From NCBI GenBank assembly GCA_965208425.1, contig OZ242335.1, forward strand, positions 188,544 through 252,543: a stretch of 64,000 nucleotides of DNA. The letters run 5' to 3'. Positions within the stretch are counted from its first letter, which is position 1; every line of letters starts with the position of its first letter. This document shows, in pieces, positions 10,837 to 20,502 of this stretch. A program made the translations under genes and the position numbers. The notes below the pieces were generated by a model, which was not told the DNA's origin, ran no database searches, and saw only the letters and a list, made by a program, of their open reading frames with translations. The DNA comes from Candidatus Poribacteria bacterium (GTDB lineage: Bacteria > Poribacteria > WGA-4E > PCPOR2b).

Positions 10837-10881
10837 AATTACCTTTCCTTTCTCATATTGATCGATATTGGAAATTAAGGC

Positions 10882-11676
10882 TTACTTGGTTCCCGGAAAA
10901 TCGTCTCGCTGAAAATAACCGTTCTTGATTGTATCGATTTCACACGTTGTTTGCGCGCTCGCCCAATGTGTCGCGTAACCACGCCGCCAGCGGTCAGATT
11001 CGTTACGATGAGATGTATGCAGCGTCTTACAGTGGTGAAAGACAACACCACCTTTGTTGACTTCCGCCAACGCCTCTTTCGATAGATCGATCAGTTCGGG
11101 TGGCGGCACAAGGTTGTATGGCTCATCGGGGTCTGGGGTTTCATGCGGCAGCACCGGTCCCTTATGTGAGCCTTCGATATAGCGGAGACAGCCGTTCGAC
11201 TCGTCTACGTTGTCCATCGCAATCCAAGCGGTGATGACATGATCCGCCGGATCACATTTGAAGTGGTAGTTATCTTGATGGTACGGTTTCGCGCTACCGA
11301 AGTGGGGCGGTTTCATAAAAATCTGATCGGTCACCAGCACCGGTTCTACGCCGATGAGGTGTTTGATGATGCGCGAGAGACGGGTGTCAAGGACGAAGGA
11401 TTGGAAGTCAGGTTCTTTGAGGAAAGGTGCATTGATTTTTCGCGGTGCAATCGTACCGTCTTCCGATCGATCAACGGCGTAACCGATTCCCTGATCCGTA
11501 GTTTCTGGGGTCTCCATCTCACGGTCACTGACCTCAATGGCAATTTGAGCAATGCGCTCAACTTCGTCGGGACTGTAGACGTTTTCGATGGCAACCCAGC
11601 CCTTTTCCCAGTAATGATTATAGTCGTTTTGGTTGATGTGCATCTGCATCTCCTCCAGAAAATTGTTGTGCCCCAC
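10882..11676 (-). CDS. phytanoyl-CoA dioxygenase (PhyH) family Fe(II)/2-oxoglutarate oxygenase
   Basis: PYHQDNYHF (HxD) motif and a distal His in a PhyH-like context. 264 aa. Confidence 0.75.
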   Translation of the reverse strand: MGHNNFLEEMQMHINQNDYNHYWEKGWVAIENVYSPDEVERIAQIAIEVSDREMETPETTDQGIGYAVDRSEDGTIAPRKINAPFLKEPDFQSFVLDTRLSRIIKHLIGVEPVLVTDQIFMKPPHFGSAKPYHQDNYHFKCDPADHVITAWIAMDNVDESNGCLRYIEGSHKGPVLPHETPDPDEPYNLVPPPELIDLSKEALAEVNKGGVVFHHCKTLHTSHRNESDRWRRGYATHWASAQTTCEIDTIKNGYFQRDDFPGTK

Positions 11677-11701
11677 TTCGTGAGGACACTCTCGTAATTT
11701 T

Positions 11702-13297
11702 TCAATCTAGAAACCGTTTCAGCACATTGGTGGTAATTTTTGAGATTGTATCGTCCACTATCACAGAACAGGGATAGGTAATCGAGCCGACCGAGAATAC
11801 AGCACCGCCGCCACCGGGTTCATGGTAAACGATTTCGGCGCCGCCATCGTCGGGGTTGAGCCCCTTGGCGAGCAGTTGGGTGTTCTTAGGAGAGCTTTTG
11901 GAGATTTTGTCCATCTCGTGCCCCGAGGCGCCCCCGAAGCAACGCATATGTAGGCTCTTTTTCCCGAACACATCTCCATTCTTCAGTCCTGTACCCTCAA
12001 AAATCCAATGGGAGTGATCAATCACCCGATAGGGTGCGCCGGTCATGATGCCGGTGTCAGTACAGACAACGCCCAAGAGGTTGGCTTCGGATTCGTGTCG
12101 CAGATGGAATCGGCTTTCATACCCAACATCCTGTAACGTGGTGAAACTGCCGCTGCCACAGTTCTCGTTGTGAACGACCATTGTGTATTCGTCAAGGAAT
12201 TCAACCTCACAATTCAAGCCGTTGCCTCCGAGATACATCAACTTGCCACCGCCCTCGAATACCCACGTTTTGAGCCGAAAGTACATATCCGCCGACCAGT
12301 ATTCAGGATGGGTGCTGATCATGAGAACTTTGTAGTCTTCCAAGTTCAGAACGCCTTGGTGAAACTGTGTTTCGGCGTAGAGGTCGTAATCGTATCCTTC
12401 GCGCTCCAGCCAACCGAAAAGACGCCACTCGGCGGGGGCGACGTGACAGGCAGAACGCCCCTCGACTGGATCTGTAACTTCCGTATCTTCAGCGATAACG
12501 TTGATCAATTCAGGGCGATCGAACGATAAGGGGGCATATTCATCGGCATCAAAGTGCTGGTGGTTGCGGTTGGTATATCGCTTCAGATCGAGTCGAGCGT
12601 TGATGGTGGGTGTCGGTGGAAATTTGTCGGGGTGGATATAGTTACTTCGCCCACCGAAGTTACTGTAGGCGTTCCAGTTGATGTTGGAAGCCAATACAGC
12701 AATGGGTGCCTGCGGCTTCGCCGGCGCGACAATCCACGGAAAGGAAAAGAACTCGCCTGATTCTCCCTTAGCGTGAAAATAGTAAAGCCCACTCCGAGTT
12801 GGTGCTTCAACGAACTGGAGGTGATGGGGATTCGTATAGCCGAATTTGTTCCACTCGATACCGGTTTGGGTGTAATCCCCGTCAGGAGAGATCTGCATCG
12901 TTGCACGGGGACCATGCTCATCATGCCATCCGAGATCTCGGATTAATTCCTTCTCGAACCCATACCGCCACAACGATAGCTGATATGCCTCAACGGCGTG
13001 AACACGGAACTCGGATTTCTCACCGGACCGCACCCACTTGGGCCAAGCGTATCCGAGTAAACAGTCCGAAAGCAGACGAAACTGATACGGTTGATCTTCT
13101 CGGACTGTCATGTTAACACTCTTTGCACCGAAGCCGGGTTTATAGAGCGTCACTTTGTAGGGTCCTGGTGACAGGTCCGCGTAGATTGCGCCCGTCGCCC
13201 GCGAATGGGCTTCATACGAACCTGATTCGTTTACAAATTCTAACAGCACGTCAGGGATTGCTACATAGCGTTCGTCGCTGACATATCCAACCAGCAT
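11702..13297 (-). CDS. hypothetical protein with an N,N-dimethylformamidase large-subunit-like C-terminal domain (tentative)
   Basis: I re-called the start at ATG 13297 (MLVGYVSDERYV...), preceded by GGAGG at the correct spacing. The track ORF extends to 13450 only by reading into MITE2. The C-terminal region HPEYWSADMYFRLKTWVFEGGGKLMYLGGNG suggests the DMFase-beta-like fold. Confidence 0.6.
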   Translation of the reverse strand: MLVGYVSDERYVAIPDVLLEFVNESGSYEAHSRATGAIYADLSPGPYKVTLYKPGFGAKSVNMTVREDQPYQFRLLSDCLLGYAWPKWVRSGEKSEFRVHAVEAYQLSLWRYGFEKELIRDLGWHDEHGPRATMQISPDGDYTQTGIEWNKFGYTNPHHLQFVEAPTRSGLYYFHAKGESGEFFSFPWIVAPAKPQAPIAVLASNINWNAYSNFGGRSNYIHPDKFPPTPTINARLDLKRYTNRNHQHFDADEYAPLSFDRPELINVIAEDTEVTDPVEGRSACHVAPAEWRLFGWLEREGYDYDLYAETQFHQGVLNLEDYKVLMISTHPEYWSADMYFRLKTWVFEGGGKLMYLGGNGLNCEVEFLDEYTMVVHNENCGSGSFTTLQDVGYESRFHLRHESEANLLGVVCTDTGIMTGAPYRVIDHSHWIFEGTGLKNGDVFGKKSLHMRCFGGASGHEMDKISKSSPKNTQLLAKGLNPDDGGAEIVYHEPGGGGAVFSVGSITYPCSVIVDDTISKITTNVLKRFLD

Positions 13298-13310
13298 AGT
13301 ATGCCTCCAA

Positions 13311-13468
13311 TAAAAGTATTGGCTCATGTAAAAAGAGAGTGCAAAGCACGAAGTGAAGGCCCCCTTTGTACCCCCCTTAATCCCCCCGCAAGCAGGGGGA
13401 GAGTAACCCCTGATAAATCGGGATACAAGTGCTTGTGGCTTTGGTTGCACTAATTCTTAACATGAGCG
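13311..13468. mobile_element. MITE family 2 copy, full ~158 bp (gctcatgtaaaaagagagtgcaaagcacgaag ... gcactaattcttaacatgagcg TIRs)
   Basis: Near-identical copy at 18003-18148; short forms at 23372-23462 and 50505-50592; fragment at 34738-34782. Contains ccccccgcaagcaggggga and cctgataaatcggg palindromes. Confidence 0.7.
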
Positions 13469-13567
13469 AAAGTATTATAATCCTTAGCGTAGCAAAATAG
13501 GAAAAATTTATCGTTCGTTGAGTTCTATTCGCACTACCGGGATAGAGGATTGACATCACGATGAATT

Positions 13568-14728
13568 TCATATCCCGCTGCGCCAGACTGCATAAGGATT
13601 TTCCCGGTTCTCTAGCGGGAAGGGTACCCGCGTTTTCAAGCGTTGGGATTCATGGACTGCCATAATCATCTCCAGTGCTGCGCGCGCATCCGCCCCACTA
13701 GAAACCGCAACAACATCACGGTCCTCCTCAATGGCTTGAATCAGTTCCTTCACAATCATCAGATTGCTGAGGTGCATCTGCTCCTGATCTGATCGGCTTG
13801 TACCGTCCGGTCGTTTCTCCCACTCGTCCAAAAGGATACGTTCCCATTCTAATTCCCCCGGAATCCACAACCCGTGAGGATAGAGGTACATCTCCCCGCA
13901 GGGGGAGTTTCGCAGCGAGATAATTCCATCAGTGCCGTAAACCTCAAATCCGAACCAACGGCTGCTAAAGTGGTCGCCGGAGGGCTTCCCTCGATATGAT
14001 TCATAATGGGCGACGATCCCATTCTCAAAGACGTAATATGCCGATAAACCGTTACCAGCTAGTAAGCCAACGCCTTCGTCTCCTTCTCGAATGTCTGCGG
14101 ATGTGACCTCCCGACCATCTTGGGTTACGTGCCCGTGCGCCCATGCGACATCGGCACCGGCAAAATACCGCATACTATCCATCATATGCGTTCCCAGTAC
14201 CATCAAATCCATCGCACCAGCCCGGTGATCGGCTTTGCCGTGACCGCGCAGCACCTGAATTTCTCCGATTGCGCCTTCGTCGACCAGTTTCTTGGCGTGT
14301 TGTTCGTAAGCACACGCCCGGCGATGCGCGACAGCTATCTTCACCCTGTTGCGATCACACGCTTCCATCATGGCGTCGGCTTCCGCAAGGGTTCGGGCGA
14401 ATGGCTTCTCGCACAAAATCCCTTTCACACCGGCGTTGGCGCAAGCGATAACCATATCCGCATGACAGTCGATCCAACGGGGACCGACACTCACCAAGTC
14501 TAGGTTCTCTTTTTTTAGCATTTCGTGGTAGTCTAGGTAACGCTTCTCTACCCCGATTCGTTCTCCAGCTGCCTGTAGTCCATCCGGGTCTGAATCGGCG
14601 ATGGAAACGATCTGAACGTCCGAACCTTCAATCGAATCGGAGGGGATCTGAAACGCTACATCGAGCCCATGGCCATAGTCGCCCTTGCCGGTTCTGCCGA
14701 TGACTCCTGCGCGATACGTCGTTTTCAT
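13568..14728 (-). CDS. Gfo/Idh/MocA-family NAD(P)-dependent oxidoreductase
   Basis: N-terminal Rossmann GVIGRTGKG and the EKP motif (CEKPFA). 386 aa. Confidence 0.8.
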   Translation of the reverse strand: MKTTYRAGVIGRTGKGDYGHGLDVAFQIPSDSIEGSDVQIVSIADSDPDGLQAAGERIGVEKRYLDYHEMLKKENLDLVSVGPRWIDCHADMVIACANAGVKGILCEKPFARTLAEADAMMEACDRNRVKIAVAHRRACAYEQHAKKLVDEGAIGEIQVLRGHGKADHRAGAMDLMVLGTHMMDSMRYFAGADVAWAHGHVTQDGREVTSADIREGDEGVGLLAGNGLSAYYVFENGIVAHYESYRGKPSGDHFSSRWFGFEVYGTDGIISLRNSPCGEMYLYPHGLWIPGELEWERILLDEWEKRPDGTSRSDQEQMHLSNLMIVKELIQAIEEDRDVVAVSSGADARAALEMIMAVHESQRLKTRVPFPLENRENPYAVWRSGI

Positions 14729-14799
14729 GGATTTTTCCTCAGTAACGATCTAGAGGTTTTAGCTAGTCCGTAGGTCGAGATTCACATCTTGCTACCCAA

Positions 14800-15555
14800 C
14801 TATTCAAACTGGCTGTAATAGGCGGATACGGTTTCATGGTCAACCGTTTCGTCAGGCATCATACTTAAGCGTTTATAGAGGTCTTCCCGTGCACGCATGT
14901 CCGCGAGCAGCACCGCACGCGCATGCACTGCAACCTGTTCAGCAAACTCAATTGGCACAACAACCACACCATCACCATCACAACCGACAATGTCGCCGGG
15001 ACGTACCTGTACCCCGCCACAACCGATGGGAGTTTGAGTTTCCACAGCCTGAATGCGACCGGGAATAATCGTACGCCCACGTGCACGGGAACATATCGGG
15101 GTCTGTTGAAGGATCAACTCATCTGTGTCGCGACAGTAACCATCGGTAATAATTCCTACCGCGCCCGACGCAATCATGTTCAAGCTGTTGGCTGATCCCC
15201 AAAAACCGACTTCCCGTGCACCGCCTGTAGCTGTTACGATGACGTGGCCCGACTGGATCTGATCGCGGTAACTGACGTTTCCAGCTTCGTTAAACCAGAC
15301 TCCGTGTGCTCTGACAACCTCTTCGGTGGTATCCAGTTTCCACATTGGACGGTTGGCGGGGACGCAGCGGAGCGTGAATGCAACGCCCCAGAATTTCATG
15401 CCGTGCCAGAGCGGTCGAACTTCTGGGGACATCAGCCCAGTGTCAAAGTGTCCAACCCCGTCCATCCCATCGCACGCATCCGCGACACGTAGATATTTGT
15501 ACAATTTGAGTAGTTCAAATGGATCAATGTTGTGGATTGATTCATTGGTGTTCAT
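14800..15555 (-). CDS. RraA-family protein (RNase E inhibitor RraA / 4-hydroxy-4-methyl-2-oxoglutarate aldolase-like)
   Basis: I re-called the start at ATG 15555 (MNTNESIHN...) with a GAGGAG SD. RraA/MenG-like core (GDIVGCDGDGVVVVP). The track ORF's N-terminal extension has no RBS. Confidence 0.7.
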   Translation of the reverse strand: MNTNESIHNIDPFELLKLYKYLRVADACDGMDGVGHFDTGLMSPEVRPLWHGMKFWGVAFTLRCVPANRPMWKLDTTEEVVRAHGVWFNEAGNVSYRDQIQSGHVIVTATGGAREVGFWGSANSLNMIASGAVGIITDGYCRDTDELILQQTPICSRARGRTIIPGRIQAVETQTPIGCGGVQVRPGDIVGCDGDGVVVVPIEFAEQVAVHARAVLLADMRAREDLYKRLSMMPDETVDHETVSAYYSQFE

Positions 15556-15896
15556 GGTACGGGTCTCCTCAAATATTATCATAAAAATTCCTTTAGGGGT
15601 AAAACCCCAAGGTTTACCTTTGGGATACACCCATGCTTTAGCGCATTTTTTGTTTGATGTTCCTGAACAAATATAGTACACTTTCTACAGTTACCGGCAC
15701 CGGGGAGCAGGATATAGACGCTGGTATAGGGGCAGGGCGTTGTCCCTTGCGAGAGACGCATTAAGACACCCGACGGGGTGCAGCGTCGTTGACCACACAA
15801 TTAGAAAGTAGAAAGTGGATTCCTAACAAGAATCCAAATGCTTCAGCTTTTGGAGTACGTCAAAGCATGTTTGTCTGTACAAGTAACAAGTCTTTA

Positions 15897-16055
15897 TGGT
15901 AGATCTTAGAATTAATGAGACACTCTCAATGCACAGCTAACCCCCTAAATCCCGCCCCCGATTTTATCGGGATTTCACTGACGCTCAACTTGTCAGGGGG
16001 ACTTTGGAAACTGCGCGAAAGCCGGAATTATTGGTACTGTCTACTTATTTATTTA
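15897..16055. mobile_element. MITE family 1 variant (1b) carrying the cccctaaatccc...cagggggactttgga module
   Basis: The tggtagatcttagaattaatgagacactctcaatgcaca... direct counterpart lies at 16250-16375. Confidence 0.5.
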
Positions 16056-16087
16056 ACCTAAGTTGCTAGTTGCGTGATGATACGACA

Positions 16088-16165
16088 TACATGTCGCCCC
16101 GCTGGGGCTTTAAGGTTGGTTTTATCCTATTTTCTATACACATGTCGCCCCGCTGGGGCTATGAG
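16088..16165. repeat. hairpin-repeat doublet: 2 x acatgtcgccccgctggggct separated by ~30 bp, flanked by inverted aacctaagttgctagttgcg arms
   Basis: Seen directly in the sequence. A second doublet of the same repeat lies at 27929-28002. Confidence 0.6.
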
Positions 16166-16249
16166 TTGGGCAAGATGCCCGACCTACAGGTATCGGGGTT
16201 TGCCTTTTACTGCGTTGCATATAACTAGCAACTTGCGTTATTTATTTAT

Positions 16250-16375
16250 GGTAGATTTTAGAATTACTTAGACACTCTCGATGCACAACCAACCCCCTAA
16301 ATCCCCCTTATCAGGGGGACTTTGGACATATTGGCAAATGTCTACTTATTTCTCTAATTCACCATAATTCACCAT
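16250..16375. mobile_element. MITE family 1 variant (1b) copy
   Basis: tggtagattttagaattacttagacactctcgatgcacaaccaaccccctaaatccccc... Confidence 0.5.
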
Positions 16376-16398
16376 AGTTGACCAACTGCGGCTGCATA

Positions 16399-17877
16399 TC
16401 AATCCAAATAATCCATCTCCGGTAGCAAATTCCATCGGTACTGTTCTGGAGGTTGCGTTTGGCGTCCCCAATCCGCCAGAATTTTGGCTTCCGCACGTTT
16501 CTCCTCCATTTTCGCCGCGATGGCTTCCGGATCCCAGTTGTCCAGAACCTGTTGTGTCAATGTCTCCAGAACCTCTCGGCACGTTGCGTCGCCCGCTCGG
16601 TCGTGCAGTTCCGCCGGATCTTCTTTTAGGTTGAAAAGTTGCGACGGTTGTCCATGGTAGTAGTTCAGTTTCCAGTCACCACTTCGGATCATCCGATGAT
16701 AACAGCCATCATCGGTGCAATACTCGGAGAAAGCGATGTCCTCCCATTCCGCTCCTTCGCCCCGCAACAGTGGGAGTACACTTCTGCCGCGAGAATTTGG
16801 CAGGGCAGGTGCGCCGAGCGCGTCTATCATCGTCGCATTCAGGTCTAAGGAACTAACGACTCTGTCGCATCTCACACCTTCGGGCAACACGCTGGGCCAT
16901 GAAAGGATGGTGGGGACTCTCACCGAATCCTCGTAGAAGGTCTGCTTCCACCAAAGCCCATGCTCTCCCACCTGTTCGCCGTGGTCGGACATATAGAGGA
17001 TGATTGTGTTTTCCGCCAAGTCGTTTTCTTGGAGTGCAGTCAAGATCTCGCCGATCATCAGGTCCATCCGCGTGACCAACGCCCAATACGCTATCCGTGC
17101 TCTGAGGATCTCCGCATCGGAAACCTCAACGATACCGCACTGCTCTCGCCACCATCGAAAATAGGGGTGCAATTCGTCGGAGAACGGTTCGGGATGTTTC
17201 GGCATTGTCATCGCTTCATCGTAAAGGTCATAATCCTCCTGCCGCGCCACAAAAGGTTGATGTGGCAGCATGAGCCCGACGGAGATGCTGAACGGTTCGT
17301 CCAGCACACCTGCCCGCTTTCGGACGCCGAGACGGTTCAAATAATCGACTGTCGCAACGGTCACATCTTCGTCGTGAACCTGATACGCGCTTTGACCAGG
17401 ACCTGACTTTTCGAGGCTAACACGCGCAGGACCCGCCGTGCCCGTCAGCGTCCCGTGATCGACACCCTTTCCGCCGAGATAATTGGAGCCGTGATCGCCG
17501 ACCAATCGCTCGGCGTAACCGTGTAACTGATCAGGTCCTAATGAGTGCATCCGTCCAATCAGGACCGGACGGTAGCCAGCCGCCCCCATTGCATGTGCAA
17601 AGGTCGGACTCCCGGAGTCGAGGATGTGGTTGTTCGTCCAGACCTCGTTTTCATGGGGATAGCGTCCGTTCAACATCGACATCCGCGAAGGCACACAAAT
17701 TGGAGAGGGACAGTAGACGTTATCAAACACGACACCTCGCGCTGCTAACCCATCCAGATGCGGTGTCTGCACTAACGGGTCGCCGTAGCAACCGGTCACA
17801 GCGGGGTTGTGTTGATCGGAATGGATGTACAGCAGATTGGGACGTTGGGTCAAAGAACCCTGATTGTTCATAAACAC
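16399..17877 (-). CDS. Cys-type sulfatase (arylsulfatase family); no signal peptide
   Basis: Formylglycine motif CVPSR within ...SPICVPSRMSMLNG. N-terminal LLYIHSDQH metal-binding region. 492 aa. Confidence 0.9.
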   Translation of the reverse strand: MFMNNQGSLTQRPNLLYIHSDQHNPAVTGCYGDPLVQTPHLDGLAARGVVFDNVYCPSPICVPSRMSMLNGRYPHENEVWTNNHILDSGSPTFAHAMGAAGYRPVLIGRMHSLGPDQLHGYAERLVGDHGSNYLGGKGVDHGTLTGTAGPARVSLEKSGPGQSAYQVHDEDVTVATVDYLNRLGVRKRAGVLDEPFSISVGLMLPHQPFVARQEDYDLYDEAMTMPKHPEPFSDELHPYFRWWREQCGIVEVSDAEILRARIAYWALVTRMDLMIGEILTALQENDLAENTIILYMSDHGEQVGEHGLWWKQTFYEDSVRVPTILSWPSVLPEGVRCDRVVSSLDLNATMIDALGAPALPNSRGRSVLPLLRGEGAEWEDIAFSEYCTDDGCYHRMIRSGDWKLNYYHGQPSQLFNLKEDPAELHDRAGDATCREVLETLTQQVLDNWDPEAIAAKMEEKRAEAKILADWGRQTQPPEQYRWNLLPEMDYLD

Positions 17878-18002
17878 CTCGTTTTATCCAAGTAGATGCT
17901 ATGACTATAGCACATCTCTGCTTGAAAGGCAATCGTGGGTTTTATTTTTACTTGACACTTGTCATCATTTCCCTTAATCTCAAAGAACTTATTTTCTTGG
18001 CT

Positions 18003-18148
18003 CATGTAAAAAGAGAGTGCAAAGCACGAAGTGAAGGCCCCCTTTGTACCCCCCTTAATCCCCCCGCAAGCAGGGGGAGAGTAACCCCTGATAAATCGGG
18101 ATACAAGTGCTTGTGGCTTTGGTTGCACTAATTCTTAACATGAGCGAT
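18003..18148. mobile_element. MITE family 2 copy
   Basis: Near-identical to 13311-13468. Confidence 0.7.
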
Positions 18149-18149
18149 T

Positions 18150-18290
18150 TTCTTTAGGACTTACGCAGTTGGACATGATTACTATATTTTCCGTTCCACC
18201 GGCCGGGGTTGGGCAGGCACAAGACCTGCCCCTACAATGGGTTCATTTCCTGTAGGGGCAACCCTTGTGGTTGCCCTGGCTACTGAAGTG
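18150..18290. mobile_element. MITE family 3 copy (TIR aggacttacgcagtt ... aagtgcgtaactcct)
   Basis: Terminal inverted repeats. Two internal GC-rich hairpins (gggcaggcacaagacctgccc; gggcaacccttgtggttgccc). Sibling copies at 28482-28700, 41583-41730 and 60150-60290. Confidence 0.55.
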
Positions 18291-18344
18291 CGTAACTCCT
18301 ATTCTTATTAAGAAACTGATTTGAGACTAGAGGAGGCATAGCAG

Positions 18345-19319
18345 ATGCAACAGAGGGACGATCCTGCACATTTTATTTTAATTGGGGTTGCAGTTTTGGG
18401 GCTGACACCGCTGATGGTAAACGTTGACGCACAGGCACAGATTGCCTTCTCGTCTAACCGAGACGGGAACTGGGAAATCTACGTGATGGATGCTGATGGA
18501 AGGAATCAGCGAAGACTCACTATCACTCCCTTTTCTCATGACTTTTCACCCTCATGGTCTCCGGACGGCAAGCTCATTGCCTTTTCTTCCGAATCTGAAC
18601 GAGATGGGAACATAGAAATCTACGCGATGGGTGCGGATGGGAAGAATCATCGAAACCTCACCAATCATCCCCAGACTGACGGGAATCCCTCATGGTCACC
18701 TGACGGTGAACACATTGCCTTTGCGTCTAATAGGATTGGGAATTGGGAAATCTATGTGATGCGTGCCGATGGGAAGAATCAGCGAAGAATTACCAGAGAT
18801 GACCATGATGACTTATTCCCTTCATGGTCACCCAATGGTGAGCACATTGCCTTTGTGTCTGATAGGGATTGGAACTGGGATATCTATGTGATGGACGTCG
18901 ATTTTGGGATGGACGCCGATAGGAAGGACCAACGAAGACTCACTGAAGATGTTCGTGGGGACTTGTACCCTTCATGGTCACCCGATGGGGAACATATTGC
19001 CTTTGCGTCTATTAGGGATGGGAACTCTGAAATCTACGTGATGGACACCAATGGGCGGGATCAGCGAAACCTTACCAATCATCCCCAGGCTGACAACTAT
19101 CCCTCATGGTCACCTGACGGTGAACACATTGCCTTTGCGTCTAATAGGACTGGGAATTGGGAAATCTATGTGATGGGTGCCGATGGCAAGCGTCAGCGAA
19201 ACCTCACCAATAATCTCCATAGAGAGATTGATCCTGCATGGTCTGCCCCTGCTTTTGCAGTTACTCTCGCAGGTAAGCAGTTCACGATATGGGGGTGGCT
19301 CAAACAAGTTGTCCAATAA
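18345..19319 (+). CDS. TolB-like periplasmic beta-propeller protein (six PD40/WD40-like repeats)
   Basis: Repeating units of the form ...SPDGEHIAFAS.RDGNWEIYVMDADGKNQRRLT.... GGAGG SD. Signal peptide present. Confidence 0.8.
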   Translation: MQQRDDPAHFILIGVAVLGLTPLMVNVDAQAQIAFSSNRDGNWEIYVMDADGRNQRRLTITPFSHDFSPSWSPDGKLIAFSSESERDGNIEIYAMGADGKNHRNLTNHPQTDGNPSWSPDGEHIAFASNRIGNWEIYVMRADGKNQRRITRDDHDDLFPSWSPNGEHIAFVSDRDWNWDIYVMDVDFGMDADRKDQRRLTEDVRGDLYPSWSPDGEHIAFASIRDGNSEIYVMDTNGRDQRNLTNHPQADNYPSWSPDGEHIAFASNRTGNWEIYVMGADGKRQRNLTNNLHREIDPAWSAPAFAVTLAGKQFTIWGWLKQVVQ

Positions 19320-19546
19320 TTGCTATTATTAAAAAAACGGTGTTTGCTGAGATGCGGGAGCGTACGGGAGAGGGTCATAATCGCCAAGGCAGGGGCGAAG
19401 ACTTCATGCGATAATAACCTAAGTTGCTAATTGCATTATAATCCTACATACATAGGTTATGTTGGTGCGTTGGTTCGTTAGTTCATGTCACAGGTTGGGG
19501 AACCCTGATTTCATTAAAGACAGGCCCCGCGCCATAAGGGTGTTGA

Positions 19547-19577
19547 AGTTTTCTTTTTGACATACTACAAAGTCAGG
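19547..19577 (+). promoter_or_regulatory. candidate sigma70-like promoter (TTGACA - 19 nt - GATAAT) about 80 bp upstream of 19657
   Basis: Hexamers read off the sequence. Spacer is 19 nt, which is suboptimal. Confidence 0.25.
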
Positions 19578-19656
19578 TAAGGATAATACTTTATATCAAC
19601 TGTGCAAGTTCTCACTGGTATTACACATTAGGCATTAAGTATAAGGGGATTGTAAA

Positions 19657-20502
19657 ATGAAAACATTACACGTTGGGATTTTCATCCTTATTCTGATGAG
19701 TGGGCATCTGAGTGCTGATGAGCCTCTAACAAATAATGAAAGCAGGATCGTGCTTAATCTTGATACTACATCAGAAGTATTCGTCAACGCCTTCATTGAC
19801 CCAATTGAGTTTACACGATACGATTTTCATGTTGAATGGGACACATTGGCGAATCTACGAGCCGCCGAGCCAGAAAAGCAGCACACCGCGTCGGTTTTCC
19901 GCGCCTTCCTGCCGAAAGGTCCTGTTTCCGTTGGCGAACTCTGGAAGATTGAGCCGCATGACGGTATCCTAGCGTTGCTCAAACAACTCCACCCCAATCC
20001 GCAAATGGATATGGTGATTGACTCAGGCGATTCCCGAGGTGCGTGGGCGTGTCTGCGCGCTTACAATGCACAATTCGCTGAAATCGCGTTTCGCATCCAT
20101 GCACATTTTGTCCTTGAAGATGGTTTTTTCACTCCCTCACAATTTGCAGGTAAACTGATTATCGCGCGTAACGATGGGAAAATCGCTTTCTTCCAAATGC
20201 ACGTTCCTGAAGGAACATTGAACTTTGATGTCGGTTGGGAACACGAAGATCACCAGTGGACCATCGGAGACAGCGGGTTTTGCTCAAGAATGGAACTCCT
20301 CGCAGGGACACAAAATGACCAGCCCCAATTCGTTGTCAGTATTTCCCAAGAAGAAGTTGAACGCAAATTAATCCTACAGTTCTACAAGTCACAGCGAATC
20401 AACTGGGTGGCGATGGACAGAGCGTTGGAGATGGCAAAAATGCTACAGAAGCCGATTCACGCGGTTGCGGTAGATGGCCCACTTGATGACGAGGCCTGCT
20501 GA
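19657..20502 (+). CDS. secreted hypothetical protein ending ...KPIHAVAVDGPLDDEAC at an in-frame TGA; thioredoxin-like (DUF255-like) context
   Basis: 281-aa ORF with a signal peptide. It terminates at TGA 20500-20502. The same frame stays open for 116 more codons (see next feature). Confidence 0.6.
   Translation: MKTLHVGIFILILMSGHLSADEPLTNNESRIVLNLDTTSEVFVNAFIDPIEFTRYDFHVEWDTLANLRAAEPEKQHTASVFRAFLPKGPVSVGELWKIEPHDGILALLKQLHPNPQMDMVIDSGDSRGAWACLRAYNAQFAEIAFRIHAHFVLEDGFFTPSQFAGKLIIARNDGKIAFFQMHVPEGTLNFDVGWEHEDHQWTIGDSGFCSRMELLAGTQNDQPQFVVSISQEEVERKLILQFYKSQRINWVAMDRALEMAKMLQKPIHAVAVDGPLDDEAC

Noticed and set aside
13298-13450. N-terminal 51 codons of track ORF 11702..13450, and the identical free-standing ORF 17868..18128
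   Set aside because: These codons lie entirely inside MITE2 copies. A GGAGG-ATG start at 13297 gives a sensible N-terminus. The repeat-encoded peptide recurs wherever the MITE occurs.
16088-16165. Possible CRISPR array (repeat-spacer-repeat with hairpin repeat); second locus at 27929-28002
   Set aside because: Only two repeat units per locus; the 21-28-bp repeat is short for CRISPR; there are no cas genes or leader. Kept as a repeat finding instead.
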